From contig JBGOUQ010000017.1 of assembly GCA_041477065.1 (NCBI GenBank), positions 3,669 through 67,668 of the forward strand: DNA of 64,000 nucleotides, written 5' to 3'. Positions 17,656 through 26,985 of the stretch are shown piece after piece (position 1 is the first letter of the stretch; the number at the start of each line of letters is the position of its first letter). The stretch comes from Gemmatimonadota bacterium (GTDB taxonomy: Bacteria; Gemmatimonadota; Gemmatimonadetes; Gemmatimonadales; GWC2-71-9). Under the pieces are notes generated by a model. The model was not told the DNA's origin. It did no database searches and saw nothing but the letters and a program-made list of their open reading frames with translations. A program made the translations under genes and the position numbers.

Positions 17656-18924
17656 ATGACCGCTCTCCTCACCGAGCTCGAGTGGCGCGGCTTCGTGCAG
17701 CAAGCGACGCCGGGCCTGGACGCGCACCTCGCCAAGGGAGCGGTCACTGCCTATTGCGGGTTCGACCCGACGGCGCCCAGCCTGCAGCTCGGCAATCTGA
17801 TGCCGCTGATGCTGCTGCGACACCTGCAGCTCCACGGGCACCGACCCATCGTGCTGATGGGCGGGGGCACGGGCCTGATCGGCGACCCATCGGGCAAGCG
17901 CGGAGAGCGGCCGCTGCTGTCGAAGCAGCAGATCCGTGAGAATCTGCAGCGCCAGCGTGATCAGATGGCCCGGTTTCTCGACATCGGCCCGGGCAACGCC
18001 GGGGCCCTGGTGCTGAATAACGCCGATTGGCTCGAGCCGCTCCCGCTGATCGACTTTCTGCGTGACGTCGGCAAACACTTCACCGTCAACATCATGCTGC
18101 AGAAGGAGTCGGTGAAAGCGCGCCTCGAGGACGGCCTGTCCTACACCGAGTTCAGCTACATGTTGCTGCAGGCCTACGATTTCCTTCATCTATACCGGGA
18201 CCCGAAACGCCGCTGCACCTTGCAGGTCGGGGGCAGCGATCAATGGGGGAACATCACCGCCGGCGTGGAGCTGATCCGGCGGGTCGAGAACGGGGAGGCG
18301 CACGGTCTGGTCGCCCCGCTCGTCACGACGGCGAGCGGCCAGAAGTTCGGCAAGTCCGACGCCGGAGCGATCTACCTGGACCCGGCGCTCACGTCGCCCT
18401 ACAAGTTCTACCAGTTCTGGGTGAACGTGGACGACCGGGACGTCGAGATGTACCTGAAGCTGTTCACGCTGATGGCGAAGGACGACATCACCGCGCTCGC
18501 CGCGGCACACAAGGGGAATCCCGGGGCGCGCAAAGCCCAGCGTGCGCTCGCCCTCGACGTGACCGAGCGTGCGCATGGCGACGCCGCCCGTGCCGCCATG
18601 ACCGCCTCGTCCCTGCTGTTCGAGGACTTCGATCCCCGCGCCGCCACCCGGAGCGTGTTCGACGTCCTGGCCGAGGAAATCCCCACGGCGGTGGTTCCCA
18701 GCGCCGACGCCCTCTCGCTCGTCGATGCCGTCGTTCGCGCGGGCCTCGCGAAGTCCAAGAGCGAAGCCCGGCGATCGATCGAGCAGGGTGGCATCTACCT
18801 GAACCAGCACCGGGAGAATGAGGTGGAGCGGACGCTGGAGTCGAAGGACTGGCTGGATGGCGGCAACGTCCTGCTGCGCAGGGGCAAGAAAGACTTCGCG
18901 CTGCTGCGAGTGGCGAACCCCTAA
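17656..18924 (+). CDS. tyrS: tyrosine--tRNA ligase
   Basis: Within ORF 17506..18924. ATG 17656 (MTALLTELEWRGFVQQ). GFDPTAPSLQLGNL, KFGKS, C-terminal S4-like domain. Confidence 0.95.
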   Translation: MTALLTELEWRGFVQQATPGLDAHLAKGAVTAYCGFDPTAPSLQLGNLMPLMLLRHLQLHGHRPIVLMGGGTGLIGDPSGKRGERPLLSKQQIRENLQRQRDQMARFLDIGPGNAGALVLNNADWLEPLPLIDFLRDVGKHFTVNIMLQKESVKARLEDGLSYTEFSYMLLQAYDFLHLYRDPKRRCTLQVGGSDQWGNITAGVELIRRVENGEAHGLVAPLVTTASGQKFGKSDAGAIYLDPALTSPYKFYQFWVNVDDRDVEMYLKLFTLMAKDDITALAAAHKGNPGARKAQRALALDVTERAHGDAARAAMTASSLLFEDFDPRAATRSVFDVLAEEIPTAVVPSADALSLVDAVVRAGLAKSKSEARRSIEQGGIYLNQHRENEVERTLESKDWLDGGNVLLRRGKKDFALLRVANP

Positions 18925-18940
18925 CCACGGAGGCGCTGAC

Positions 18941-19600
18941 ATGTTCATCGGCCACTTCGCCGTCGGGCTCGCCGCCAAGCGCGCGGCCCCCAAGACCTCG
19001 CTCGGCCTGCTCATCGCCGCCCCGATCCTCGCCGACCTGCTCTGGCCGACCTTTCTGCTCCTAGGTTGGGAGCACGTGGGCATCAATCCGGACGGCCCAC
19101 CGTTCCTCAAGCTGGACTTTCTCGCCTATCCCTACTCACATAGCCTGCTCATGAATTGCCTGTGGGCGGCGCTGTTCGCCGGCGGCTACTACGCGGTCAC
19201 GCGCTACCGCGCCGGCGCCATCGTGATCGCGCTCGGCGTGGTGAGCCACTGGGTGCTGGACGTCGTCGTGCACGTCCCCGACATGCCCATCTCCCCGTGG
19301 AGCGAGACGAGAGTGGGGCTGGGGCTGTGGCACTCTGTGCCGGGCACGGTGGCCGTCGAGATCGTGATGTTCGCGATCGGGGTCTATCTCTATGCGACGA
19401 CGACGCGGGGGCGGGACGCGGTGGGGCGCTACGCGGTCTGGGCGATGGTCGCCCTGCTCTTCCTCTTCTACGTCGTTTCGGTCAACGCCGCCCCACCGCC
19501 GACCGCTCAGGCGATCGGGATCGGGGCCCTGGTCTTCGGCCTGCTATTCCCGGTGTGGGCGTGGTGGGGTGACCGCCACCGGGACGTCGTGACGACCTAG
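18941..19600 (+). CDS. polytopic membrane protein, YdjM/DUF457-like metal-dependent hydrolase family (tentative)
   Basis: ATG 18941 preceded by GGAGG. MFIGHFAVGLAAKR..., several TM segments, HWVLDVVVH. Confidence 0.5.
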   Translation: MFIGHFAVGLAAKRAAPKTSLGLLIAAPILADLLWPTFLLLGWEHVGINPDGPPFLKLDFLAYPYSHSLLMNCLWAALFAGGYYAVTRYRAGAIVIALGVVSHWVLDVVVHVPDMPISPWSETRVGLGLWHSVPGTVAVEIVMFAIGVYLYATTTRGRDAVGRYAVWAMVALLFLFYVVSVNAAPPPTAQAIGIGALVFGLLFPVWAWWGDRHRDVVTT

Positions 19601-20784
19601 AGCACGCCCTCCAAGACATCCATCACCTTGTCCATCTCCTCCGCCGTGTTGTAGCAATGCGGCGAGAGGCGAATCGCACCCTCGCGCAGCGAGCAGACCA
19701 CGCGCGCCCGCTTCACGGCGTGAAATGCCTCGACGGCCTTGGCCGGGGCGAGGCAGAGGATCGCCGAGCGGTGCTTGTCGTCCCTGGGCGAGGCGACACG
19801 GATGCCGTGGGCGTCCGCCCACTTGAGCAGCGGCTCGTGCAGCGACCGCGTGAACTCCGCGATGTCGCGGATGCCGATCTCGAGCAGCATGTCCACCGAC
19901 GACGTGAACCCGTAGAAATCCTGGAACGGCAGTGTGATCATCTCGAAGCGGCGGGCGTCGGCGCGGAACGTGGGGTTGTACTCGGTGAGGCGCGAGAAAT
20001 CGTCGGTGCCCTCGAACGCCATCCACCCGGTGACGGCGGGCTCCATCTGGGCCACCAGCTCCTTGCGCACGTACACGAACCCCGACCCCCAGGGGGACAG
20101 CAGCCATTTCTGGCCGCCGCAGGCGAGGACGTCCACCGGCGTTTCGCGCACGTCGAGGACCGAGTTGCCGACGCCCTGGATACCGTCCACCACGAGATAG
20201 GTGCCGTTGGCCCGGGCGGCGGCGCCGAGGCGCTTCAGATCGGCGCGGTACCCGTTGGAGAACTGGACGAACGACACGGCGAGCACCCGCACGCGCGGGT
20301 CGCGCAGCCGCTCGAGCAGGGCGTCCTCATCGGGCCAGCCTTCCGCCCGGCACGGGGCGAGCTCGACCTCGATCCCTTCCTTCTTGAGGCGTAGCCAGGG
20401 ATAGACATTGGCCGGGAACTCGCGATCGGAGACCAGGATCTTCTCGCCCCGACGCAGCGGAAGGGCGCGGGCCGCGAGGTTCAAGCCCCAGCTGGTGTTG
20501 GTCGCGAGCGCGATCTCTCCGGTGTCGGCGTTGATCAACCGGGCGGCGGCGTCGCGCGCGGCCGCGAGTCCGGCCTGGAGGTCGCGGTCGGGCAGGAGGT
20601 GGGGCGCGGTGCGCTTGGCGGTGAAGGCGTCGACGACGCGGCGGGTGCGCTCGGGGATGGGGCCGATGGACGCGTTGTTCAGATAGATCGTGTCGGCGGT
20701 CCAGGGGAACTCGCTGGCCCGGAGTGCCTTGAAGCTCTCGCGCAGCGCGCGCACCCGCGTGGGGTGGGAGACGATGTCGGTCAT
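19597..20784 (-). CDS. class V aminotransferase-fold PLP enzyme (cysteine desulfurase/SufS-CsdA-like)
   Basis: Within ORF 19597..20943. ATG 20784 (MTDIVSHPTRV...). YLNNASIGP; PLP-lysine context ACGGQKWLLSPWG. Confidence 0.8.
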   Translation of the reverse strand: MTDIVSHPTRVRALRESFKALRASEFPWTADTIYLNNASIGPIPERTRRVVDAFTAKRTAPHLLPDRDLQAGLAAARDAAARLINADTGEIALATNTSWGLNLAARALPLRRGEKILVSDREFPANVYPWLRLKKEGIEVELAPCRAEGWPDEDALLERLRDPRVRVLAVSFVQFSNGYRADLKRLGAAARANGTYLVVDGIQGVGNSVLDVRETPVDVLACGGQKWLLSPWGSGFVYVRKELVAQMEPAVTGWMAFEGTDDFSRLTEYNPTFRADARRFEMITLPFQDFYGFTSSVDMLLEIGIRDIAEFTRSLHEPLLKWADAHGIRVASPRDDKHRSAILCLAPAKAVEAFHAVKRARVVCSLREGAIRLSPHCYNTAEEMDKVMDVLEGVL

Positions 20785-21626
20785 AGCGCCGGTTCGCGGA
20801 AGCGGACGTCGAGGGCGTCGCGCAAGCCGTCGCCGAGGAGGTTGAGGCCGAGGACCGCGAGGCCGATCGCGAGGCCGGGGACGAGCGACACCCACGGCGC
20901 GACGCGCAGCAGGTCGCGCCCTTCCGCGACCATCGCGCCCCACGACGGCGTGGGCGGCTGCGCGCCCAGGCCCACGAAGGACAGCGCCGCTTCCGCCATG
21001 ATCGCCCCACCGATGCCGAGCGTGGCGGCCACGACCACCGGGGCGATCACGTTGGGGAGCACGTGACGCACGACGACCCGGGCGTCCGAAGCGCCGAGCG
21101 CCCGCGCGGCCTGTACGTACTCGAGGGCCCGTTCCACCAGCACCTGGCCGCGCACGAGGCGAGCCATCCCCGCCCAGCCCACCACGCCGATCACGACGAA
21201 GACGAGCGGCAGGGACGGCTTCATCGCGGCGGCGATGGCGATCAGCATGAGGAGCGACGGAAAGGCGAGCGTGACGTCGGCGACGCGCATCACGGCGGCG
21301 TCCACCCAGCGGCCGTAGTAGCCGGCCGCGAGCCCCAGCGCGAGACCCAACAGGGAGGCGATGCTTTGGCTGATCAGGCCGACCGCGAGCGACAGCCGCG
21401 CACCGAACAGCACCCGGGACAGCACGTCACGACCCTGTGCGTCCGCCCCGAACAGAAACGCCGACGACGGCCGGGTGAGGCTCTGCGCCAGGGCGCCGCG
21501 TGTGGGGTCGGCGGGTGCGACCCAGGGGGCGAGCAGGGCCGCAAGCACCAGCGCGGCGACGATGGCGAGGCCGGCGAGGGCCCAGCGATCGCGCGCGAGG
21601 CGGTGCCAGACGAGTGGCGCGTTCAT
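20781..21626 (-). CDS. ABC transporter permease, DppC/OppC-like
   Basis: Within ORF 20781..21698. ATG 21626 (MNAPLVWHRLARDRWALAGLAIV...). BPD_transp_1-type EAA loop region YVQAARALGASDARVVVRHVLPN. Confidence 0.8.
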   Translation of the reverse strand: MNAPLVWHRLARDRWALAGLAIVAALVLAALLAPWVAPADPTRGALAQSLTRPSSAFLFGADAQGRDVLSRVLFGARLSLAVGLISQSIASLLGLALGLAAGYYGRWVDAAVMRVADVTLAFPSLLMLIAIAAAMKPSLPLVFVVIGVVGWAGMARLVRGQVLVERALEYVQAARALGASDARVVVRHVLPNVIAPVVVAATLGIGGAIMAEAALSFVGLGAQPPTPSWGAMVAEGRDLLRVAPWVSLVPGLAIGLAVLGLNLLGDGLRDALDVRFREPAL

Positions 21627-21682
21627 GGGGGCTTCGACTACGTTACCCGGGACCTCACCTCCCGGGCAAGCGGACGCGTCAC

Positions 21683-22768
21683 GTGAAAGCCGGCACACCG
21701 TTCACACTGGTCTTGGGCGGCGGCGGGATGAAGGGGGTGGCGCACGTGGGCGTCCTCCAGGCGCTGCTCGAGCGCGACCTCATCCCCTCCCACATCGTCG
21801 GATCGAGCGTGGGCTCCTTGATCGGGGCCGCGTGGGCCGCGGGCCGCAGCATTCCCGAGCTGCGCGAAGTGGCGATGGGGCTGAAGCGCAAGGACGTCTT
21901 CGCCGTCGCGCACGCCGACATGGCGTTCAAGCGCATGCGCTCCCCCGCCTTGTTCCGGCGCGAGCCGCTCGAGCACCTGATCGCCCGCCTGATCGGGGAC
22001 CGCTCCTTTACCGACCTCAATCGGCCGGTGGTCGTGAACACGGTGGACATCAACTCGGGAATGCAGGTGTTCTGGGGCCTGCCGGGTCTCGACGAGGTGA
22101 AGGTCGGCGACGCCGTGTTCGCCTCGTGCGCGCTGCCGGGCTACCTGCCGCCGCGCGAGATCCGCGGACGCTTCTACGTGGACGGGGCCACCGTGGACAA
22201 TCTGCCGGTGGGCGCCGCGCGAGCGTTGGGAGGGCAGTGCGTCCTCGCCGTGGACGTCTCGGCGTCGAGCGCGCTGCGCGCCGATACGCAGGACGACGGG
22301 TTCGCGGCGGTGTTCGCGCGCGCGACCGAGGTAGCGATGCAAACGCTCCTCGAGCTCCGGATGCGCTCCTGGACCACGCCGCCGGTCTATTACATCCACC
22401 CCCGCGTCGAGCACATCTCGATGTTCTCCTTCAATCATCTGCGCGAGGTGGTGGAGGAAGGCTATCGCGCCACCAGCGCCGCGCTCGACCGCGCCGTCGA
22501 GTGGCCGGCGCCGGGAGAGGCCGGGGTCTACCCCAAGCGCCGGGTGATCGTGCGCGTGGAACGGGAGCGCTGCATCGGGTGCGGCGCCTGCCTGGTGCAG
22601 GGGCCTCCCGGGATGTTCGTGCTCGATGCGGAGGGCAAAGCGGTGGTGACGACGCCGGAGCAGGAGTGGTCTCCGACGGGCGGGGGATTCATCCGCCACT
22701 GCCCGACCTACGCGATCAGCGCGCGGCCGGCGCCGGCGGTCGTCGAAACGCTGCGTCGATCCGGATGA
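21683..22768 (+). CDS. patatin-like phospholipase fused to a C-terminal single-cluster 4Fe-4S ferredoxin-like domain
   Basis: Frame of ORF 21500..22768. GTG 21683 is needed to include GGGGMKG. Lipase serine GSSVGS; catalytic DGA (VDGATVDN). C-terminus CIGCGACLVQGPPGMF...HCPTYAI. Confidence 0.8.
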   Translation: MKAGTPFTLVLGGGGMKGVAHVGVLQALLERDLIPSHIVGSSVGSLIGAAWAAGRSIPELREVAMGLKRKDVFAVAHADMAFKRMRSPALFRREPLEHLIARLIGDRSFTDLNRPVVVNTVDINSGMQVFWGLPGLDEVKVGDAVFASCALPGYLPPREIRGRFYVDGATVDNLPVGAARALGGQCVLAVDVSASSALRADTQDDGFAAVFARATEVAMQTLLELRMRSWTTPPVYYIHPRVEHISMFSFNHLREVVEEGYRATSAALDRAVEWPAPGEAGVYPKRRVIVRVERERCIGCGACLVQGPPGMFVLDAEGKAVVTTPEQEWSPTGGGFIRHCPTYAISARPAPAVVETLRRSG

Positions 22769-23849
22769 AATCGCGCGCCACCCGATCCCAGTTGTAGTAA
22801 GTCTCCACCGCCCTGCGCCCGGCCGCGCCCATGCGCCGGCGCCGCTCCGGATCCCGCAACAGCGACACGATCCCCGCCGCGATCGGCTCGGGGGCCGTCG
22901 GGTCCACCAGCACGCCGGTTTCCCCGTCGCGCACGGCGTCGGGCACGCCGCCCGAGCGGCCCCCGACGACGGCGAGGCCCGACGCGGACGCCTCGACCAG
23001 CGAGATGCCGAACCCCTCCACGAGCAGATCGTGGCGACGCGAAGCGCCCACGTACAGGTCCGCCGCGTTGTACAGCGCCGGCAGGTCGGCGTCCGCCACC
23101 GGCCCCAGGAACCGCACGGCGTCACCCAGCCCGAGCTCCGCGGCCAGTGCGGTGAGCTGCGGTAGCCGCGGGCCGACGCCCGCCACGGCGTACCGGACTG
23201 CCGGAACGGCCGCGCGCACGGTGGGCAGCGCGCGGATCGTCATGTCGATGCCCTTGTGCCATTCCAGCCGGGCCACGGTGAGCAGCCAGGGGCCGCCGGC
23301 CAGGCCGTACTTCGCCCGCACCGCGGCCGCATCGAGCCCGGGCCGGAAGTGTGCCGGCTCGGTGCCGAGCGGCACGACTTGAACCTTGGCCGCGAGGTCG
23401 GGGCGCTCGAGCAATCCGTAGACCGACCGCGCCAGCCCAGCGGTCCAGGAGCTGTTGGCGACGAGCACCGCCGCGTCGTTCACCAGCGCGCCAGCGGTCC
23501 GGCGCTTGAAGCGACTACGGCGGATCTTAGCGTCGAGCAACAGCAGCTCCGTGCCGTGCACCACGACTCCGTAGGGAATGCCGTGGCGGCGCGCCAGCCA
23601 CCACGCCGGGTAGCCAGCCGGCTTCAGCTCGCCGCACCAGGTGAAGTCCGGACGCCAGCGTCGGGCGAGGGCGCCGGCGCGCCAGGTCCACAGGGCGAGG
23701 CCGTTGAGGGTGCGGAGTCGGGTCGCGCGGATGCCGACGCGGTCGATCGGCTGCGGGAAATCGGCGTCGCTCGCGGCGCTCTCGGGATATGCGCCGGTCG
23801 ACACGACGAGCGACTGCGGGGGGTAGCGGCGCGCCAGCTCGCCCATCAT
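22716..23849 (-). CDS. GT4 glycosyltransferase (paralog 1; true N-terminus probably upstream, see findings)
   Basis: EGFGISLVEASASGLAVVG motif. Paralogous to the next gene along its whole length. Homology continues 19 codons upstream of ATG 23849, up to the TAG of the upstream gene, with no ATG/GTG/TTG. Confidence 0.8.
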   Translation of the reverse strand: MMGELARRYPPQSLVVSTGAYPESAASDADFPQPIDRVGIRATRLRTLNGLALWTWRAGALARRWRPDFTWCGELKPAGYPAWWLARRHGIPYGVVVHGTELLLLDAKIRRSRFKRRTAGALVNDAAVLVANSSWTAGLARSVYGLLERPDLAAKVQVVPLGTEPAHFRPGLDAAAVRAKYGLAGGPWLLTVARLEWHKGIDMTIRALPTVRAAVPAVRYAVAGVGPRLPQLTALAAELGLGDAVRFLGPVADADLPALYNAADLYVGASRRHDLLVEGFGISLVEASASGLAVVGGRSGGVPDAVRDGETGVLVDPTAPEPIAAGIVSLLRDPERRRRMGAAGRRAVETYYNWDRVARDFIRIDAAFRRPPAPAAR

Positions 23850-23909
23850 GCGGGCGATCCCGCCGCCGTGGGGCGGGAAATTGAAGGACAGCAGCAGCGT
23901 GGTCAGTGC

Positions 23910-25082
23910 CTACGCCACCTGCGACTCGATCTCGCGCAGATCCTTGATGACCCGGTTCCAATTGAAGTAGGTCTCCACCGCCTTGCGGCCCGCCTGCCCC
24001 AGCCGCCGCGCCAGCAGCTGGTCGCTGACGAGCCGCGCGAGCGCGTCGGCCACCGCCGCCACGTCGTCGGGCTCGACCACGACGCCCGTTTCCCCATCGC
24101 GCACCGCCTCGGCGAGTCCGCCGCTCCGCCCGGCCACGACCGGCAGTCCGCAGGCGCTCGCCTCGGCGAGCGCGATGCCGAAGCCCTCGACGCGCGTCCC
24201 GTCTGCCCGCCGCGAGACCCCCAGGTACACGTTGGCGGCGTTGTAGAGCGCGGGCAGATCGTGGTCCGGCACCGTGCCGGCGAAGCGGACGACGTCGGTG
24301 ATCTTCAACTCCTCGGCGAGCTTCTTGTAGGCGCTCTTCTGTTTGCCCGCGCCGACGACGAGGTAGTGGACGTCGATCCCCTGCGTGCGCACCTGCGCCA
24401 CCGCTCGGAGCACCGTGTCCACACCCTTGTACGGCTCGAGCCGCGCGACGGTGATGGCCCAGAGATCGCCGTTCAGACGGTAGCGGGCGCGCACGTCGCG
24501 CGTGTCCAGGTCGGGCCGGAACTGCTCGGGGTCGGTGCCGAGGGGCACGACCCGGACGTGCTCGGCCAGCGGGTCGAGACCCAGCTCGCGCAGCACCTTC
24601 TGCGCCTGCTCGCGGGTCCACTGGCTGTTGGCGACGACGGACACAGCGGAGCCGAGCAGCGCCTTGAGCGTGCGCCGCGCCCAGGCGGAGTGATGGATCG
24701 CGTGCAGCTCTTTCAGCATGTCCCCGCCGTGGACCAGCACGCCGTACTTGGTGCCGACGCGCTCGTGCGCCCACTTGGCCGTGTAGGCCGACGGTCGCAC
24801 CGAATCGCACCAGGCGAAGCGCGGCTTGTAGTGGCGTGCCAGCGTGGCGACGCGGCGAGACCAGAAGAGCAACCCGCCGAGGTTCTTCAGCGCCCGGGTG
24901 GAGATCGGGAGGCGGTCGATGACCGCCGCGTACCGGCCGTCGGTCTCCGTCGAGTCGCGATGCCGGCCGGTGGAAACGAGCAGCTCGCCGCGAGGGTAGC
25001 GGCGCGCGATCTCGCCCATCATGCGGGCGACCCCGGTCTGCATCGGCGGGAATTCGTCGGTCAGGAGAAAGGTCTTAGCCAT
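23910..25082 (-). CDS. GT4 glycosyltransferase (paralog 2)
   Basis: Within ORF 23910..25115. ATG 25082 (MAKTFLLTDEFPPMQTGVARMMGEIARRYP). EGFGIALAEASACGLPVVA. Confidence 0.85.
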   Translation of the reverse strand: MAKTFLLTDEFPPMQTGVARMMGEIARRYPRGELLVSTGRHRDSTETDGRYAAVIDRLPISTRALKNLGGLLFWSRRVATLARHYKPRFAWCDSVRPSAYTAKWAHERVGTKYGVLVHGGDMLKELHAIHHSAWARRTLKALLGSAVSVVANSQWTREQAQKVLRELGLDPLAEHVRVVPLGTDPEQFRPDLDTRDVRARYRLNGDLWAITVARLEPYKGVDTVLRAVAQVRTQGIDVHYLVVGAGKQKSAYKKLAEELKITDVVRFAGTVPDHDLPALYNAANVYLGVSRRADGTRVEGFGIALAEASACGLPVVAGRSGGLAEAVRDGETGVVVEPDDVAAVADALARLVSDQLLARRLGQAGRKAVETYFNWNRVIKDLREIESQVA

Positions 25083-25827
25083 CGGCGCGCCGCTGCCGCT
25101 CCCACAGGCGGGCATACTTGAGGAAGACGCTCACGGCGGCGAGCCCGCACAGGACGACGCCGTGCCACCCTTCGAGGATCCCCAGCTGCAGCACGTAGGT
25201 CCGGAAAAAGGTGAACGGCGGCCGCACGACCAGGTCACCGAAGCGCGCCCGACGACCGCGATCCCATAGGTCCTCCGCCCCCCAGGCCGCATACCGGGTG
25301 AGCTTCTCCAGGTGCTCGGCGAGGTCGCGGTAGGGCACGTGCTCCACGGGCGCGCGCAGCCGACCCACGTTCGCCACCGGCTCGAGCCCCTCGTGCACCC
25401 GCCGTTCCACGAATCGGCGGTCGCGGCGGAACAGGCGGACCGACCAGTCCGTGCCCCACCCCGCGTACCGCATGGTGCGTCCGAGATACACGTTGCGGCG
25501 CCTGACGGCGTAGGCTTCGTGCCGCGGGGCCGCCACGACCTCGGCAAGCTCGCGCTCCAGATCGGTGCCGATCCGCTCGTCGGCGTCGAGGGCGTACACC
25601 CATTCGTGCCGCGCCGCGGCGATTGCCTCGTTACGCTGACCGGCAATCGTTGCCGCCCGGCTCTCGATCACGCGGGCGCCTGCCCCCCGCGCCGCCACCA
25701 CGGTGCCGTCACTCGAGCCGCCATCCGCCACGATCACCTCGCCGGCCCAGGCGAGCTGCCCGATGCACTCCGCGATGTGCGCCGACTCGTTGAGGGTCGG
25801 AATGATGACCGTGAGCGGCGTCGGCAT
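25075..25827 (-). CDS. GT2 glycosyltransferase
   Basis: Within ORF 25075..26094. ATG 25827 (MPTPLTVIIPTLNESAHI...ADGGSSDGT...ALDADE). Confidence 0.85.
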   Translation of the reverse strand: MPTPLTVIIPTLNESAHIAECIGQLAWAGEVIVADGGSSDGTVVAARGAGARVIESRAATIAGQRNEAIAAARHEWVYALDADERIGTDLERELAEVVAAPRHEAYAVRRRNVYLGRTMRYAGWGTDWSVRLFRRDRRFVERRVHEGLEPVANVGRLRAPVEHVPYRDLAEHLEKLTRYAAWGAEDLWDRGRRARFGDLVVRPPFTFFRTYVLQLGILEGWHGVVLCGLAAVSVFLKYARLWERQRRADG

Positions 25828-25840
25828 GCGTTCCCTAATC

Positions 25841-26956
25841 CTAACGGGGGCGTTCCCCGCGGAGCAATGCGCGTCGCTCCAGCGCCTCCCGGTACACCTC
25901 CTCGGTTCGCTCGACGGTGCGCTCGAGGGTAAACGAGCGGCGCACGAGCTCGCGGCCGGCCCCGCCGAGCCGCGCCAGGGTAGGCGCATCGTCAAGCAGT
26001 CGCGCCAATGTCGCCGCCCACGCCTCGGCATCGCGCGGCGGGACGAGCACCCCGGTCGCATCCGGAGTGATGAGGTCGGGATTCCCGCCGGCATCGGAGG
26101 CGACGACCGGCACGCCGAGGGCCATCGCCTCGAGCAGGGCCTGCGACAAGCCCTCGATCCGGGAGGGGAGCGCCACCAGCGTGGCTAGCCGGTAGTAGGC
26201 GAGCGGGCGCTCGGTGAACGGAATGAACACGGCCCGGTGACGCGAGGGCAGCGCGGCGGTGAGGGCGGCGAGCTCGGCGTCGGGCTCAAGCCCGACGCAC
26301 GCCAGGACGACGGGGCGCGAGAGCTGCGCCAGCGCCCGCAGCACGACGTCCTGGTCCTTCCGGCGCGCGACCACCAGGATCACGGTGCGGTCGCCGACCT
26401 CGCCAAGCGCGGCGCGGGCGGCGGCGATCTCATCTCCGGTGGGCGGCGCGTCCACGCGGGCCACATCGATTCCGTTGGGCACGACGCGCAGCCGGCCGCC
26501 AGGATGGAGCCGCCGGCGCAGGGCGCGAGCCACCGCCGAGCTGACCGCGATCGTGCGGTCGGCGGCGTGCCCGACGGCGAAGAGCTCGAGGGGAGACGTG
26601 CGCGGCATGGTGCGACGGGTGACGACGAACGCCTGAGGCAGCCTGGCGCGCCACCGCAGCCAGGTGAGCGCGCGGCGGTCGAGCGTCGCGTGGCTGTTGA
26701 GCACGTCCACGCGCTCCCGCGCGATCACGTCGGCGAGCCGCGCCGCCAGGCGCTCGAGGCGCGAGAAGTCGAGCGGCACGTGGCCGATCCCCGCGTCGCG
26801 CGCCATTCGGGCGAGCAACGACTCCGCCCGGCATCCCAAGAGCACGCGGTGGCCGCGGTGCTGCAGGTGCTGGCCGAGGTTGAGAATCGATTGCGTCGAG
26901 CCGGCGCCGTCACCCTGGTGAGTCAGCTGCAGCACGGTGAGCGGGGCGTGTGGCAT
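25841..26956 (-). CDS. GT4 glycosyltransferase
   Basis: MPHAPLTVLQLTHQGDGAGSTQSI...; EGLSQALLEAMALGVPVVASDAGG. Confidence 0.85.
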   Translation of the reverse strand: MPHAPLTVLQLTHQGDGAGSTQSILNLGQHLQHRGHRVLLGCRAESLLARMARDAGIGHVPLDFSRLERLAARLADVIARERVDVLNSHATLDRRALTWLRWRARLPQAFVVTRRTMPRTSPLELFAVGHAADRTIAVSSAVARALRRRLHPGGRLRVVPNGIDVARVDAPPTGDEIAAARAALGEVGDRTVILVVARRKDQDVVLRALAQLSRPVVLACVGLEPDAELAALTAALPSRHRAVFIPFTERPLAYYRLATLVALPSRIEGLSQALLEAMALGVPVVASDAGGNPDLITPDATGVLVPPRDAEAWAATLARLLDDAPTLARLGGAGRELVRRSFTLERTVERTEEVYREALERRALLRGERPR

Positions 26957-26985
26957 GGCTCGAAGGTAGTTATACTCTACGCCCG

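Noticed and set aside
21683-22768. The patatin phospholipase as a CBASS or other defence effector.
   Set aside because: No cyclase (CD-NTase), SAVED/STING domain or other signalling partner is adjacent. The neighbours are an ABC permease and glycosyltransferases.
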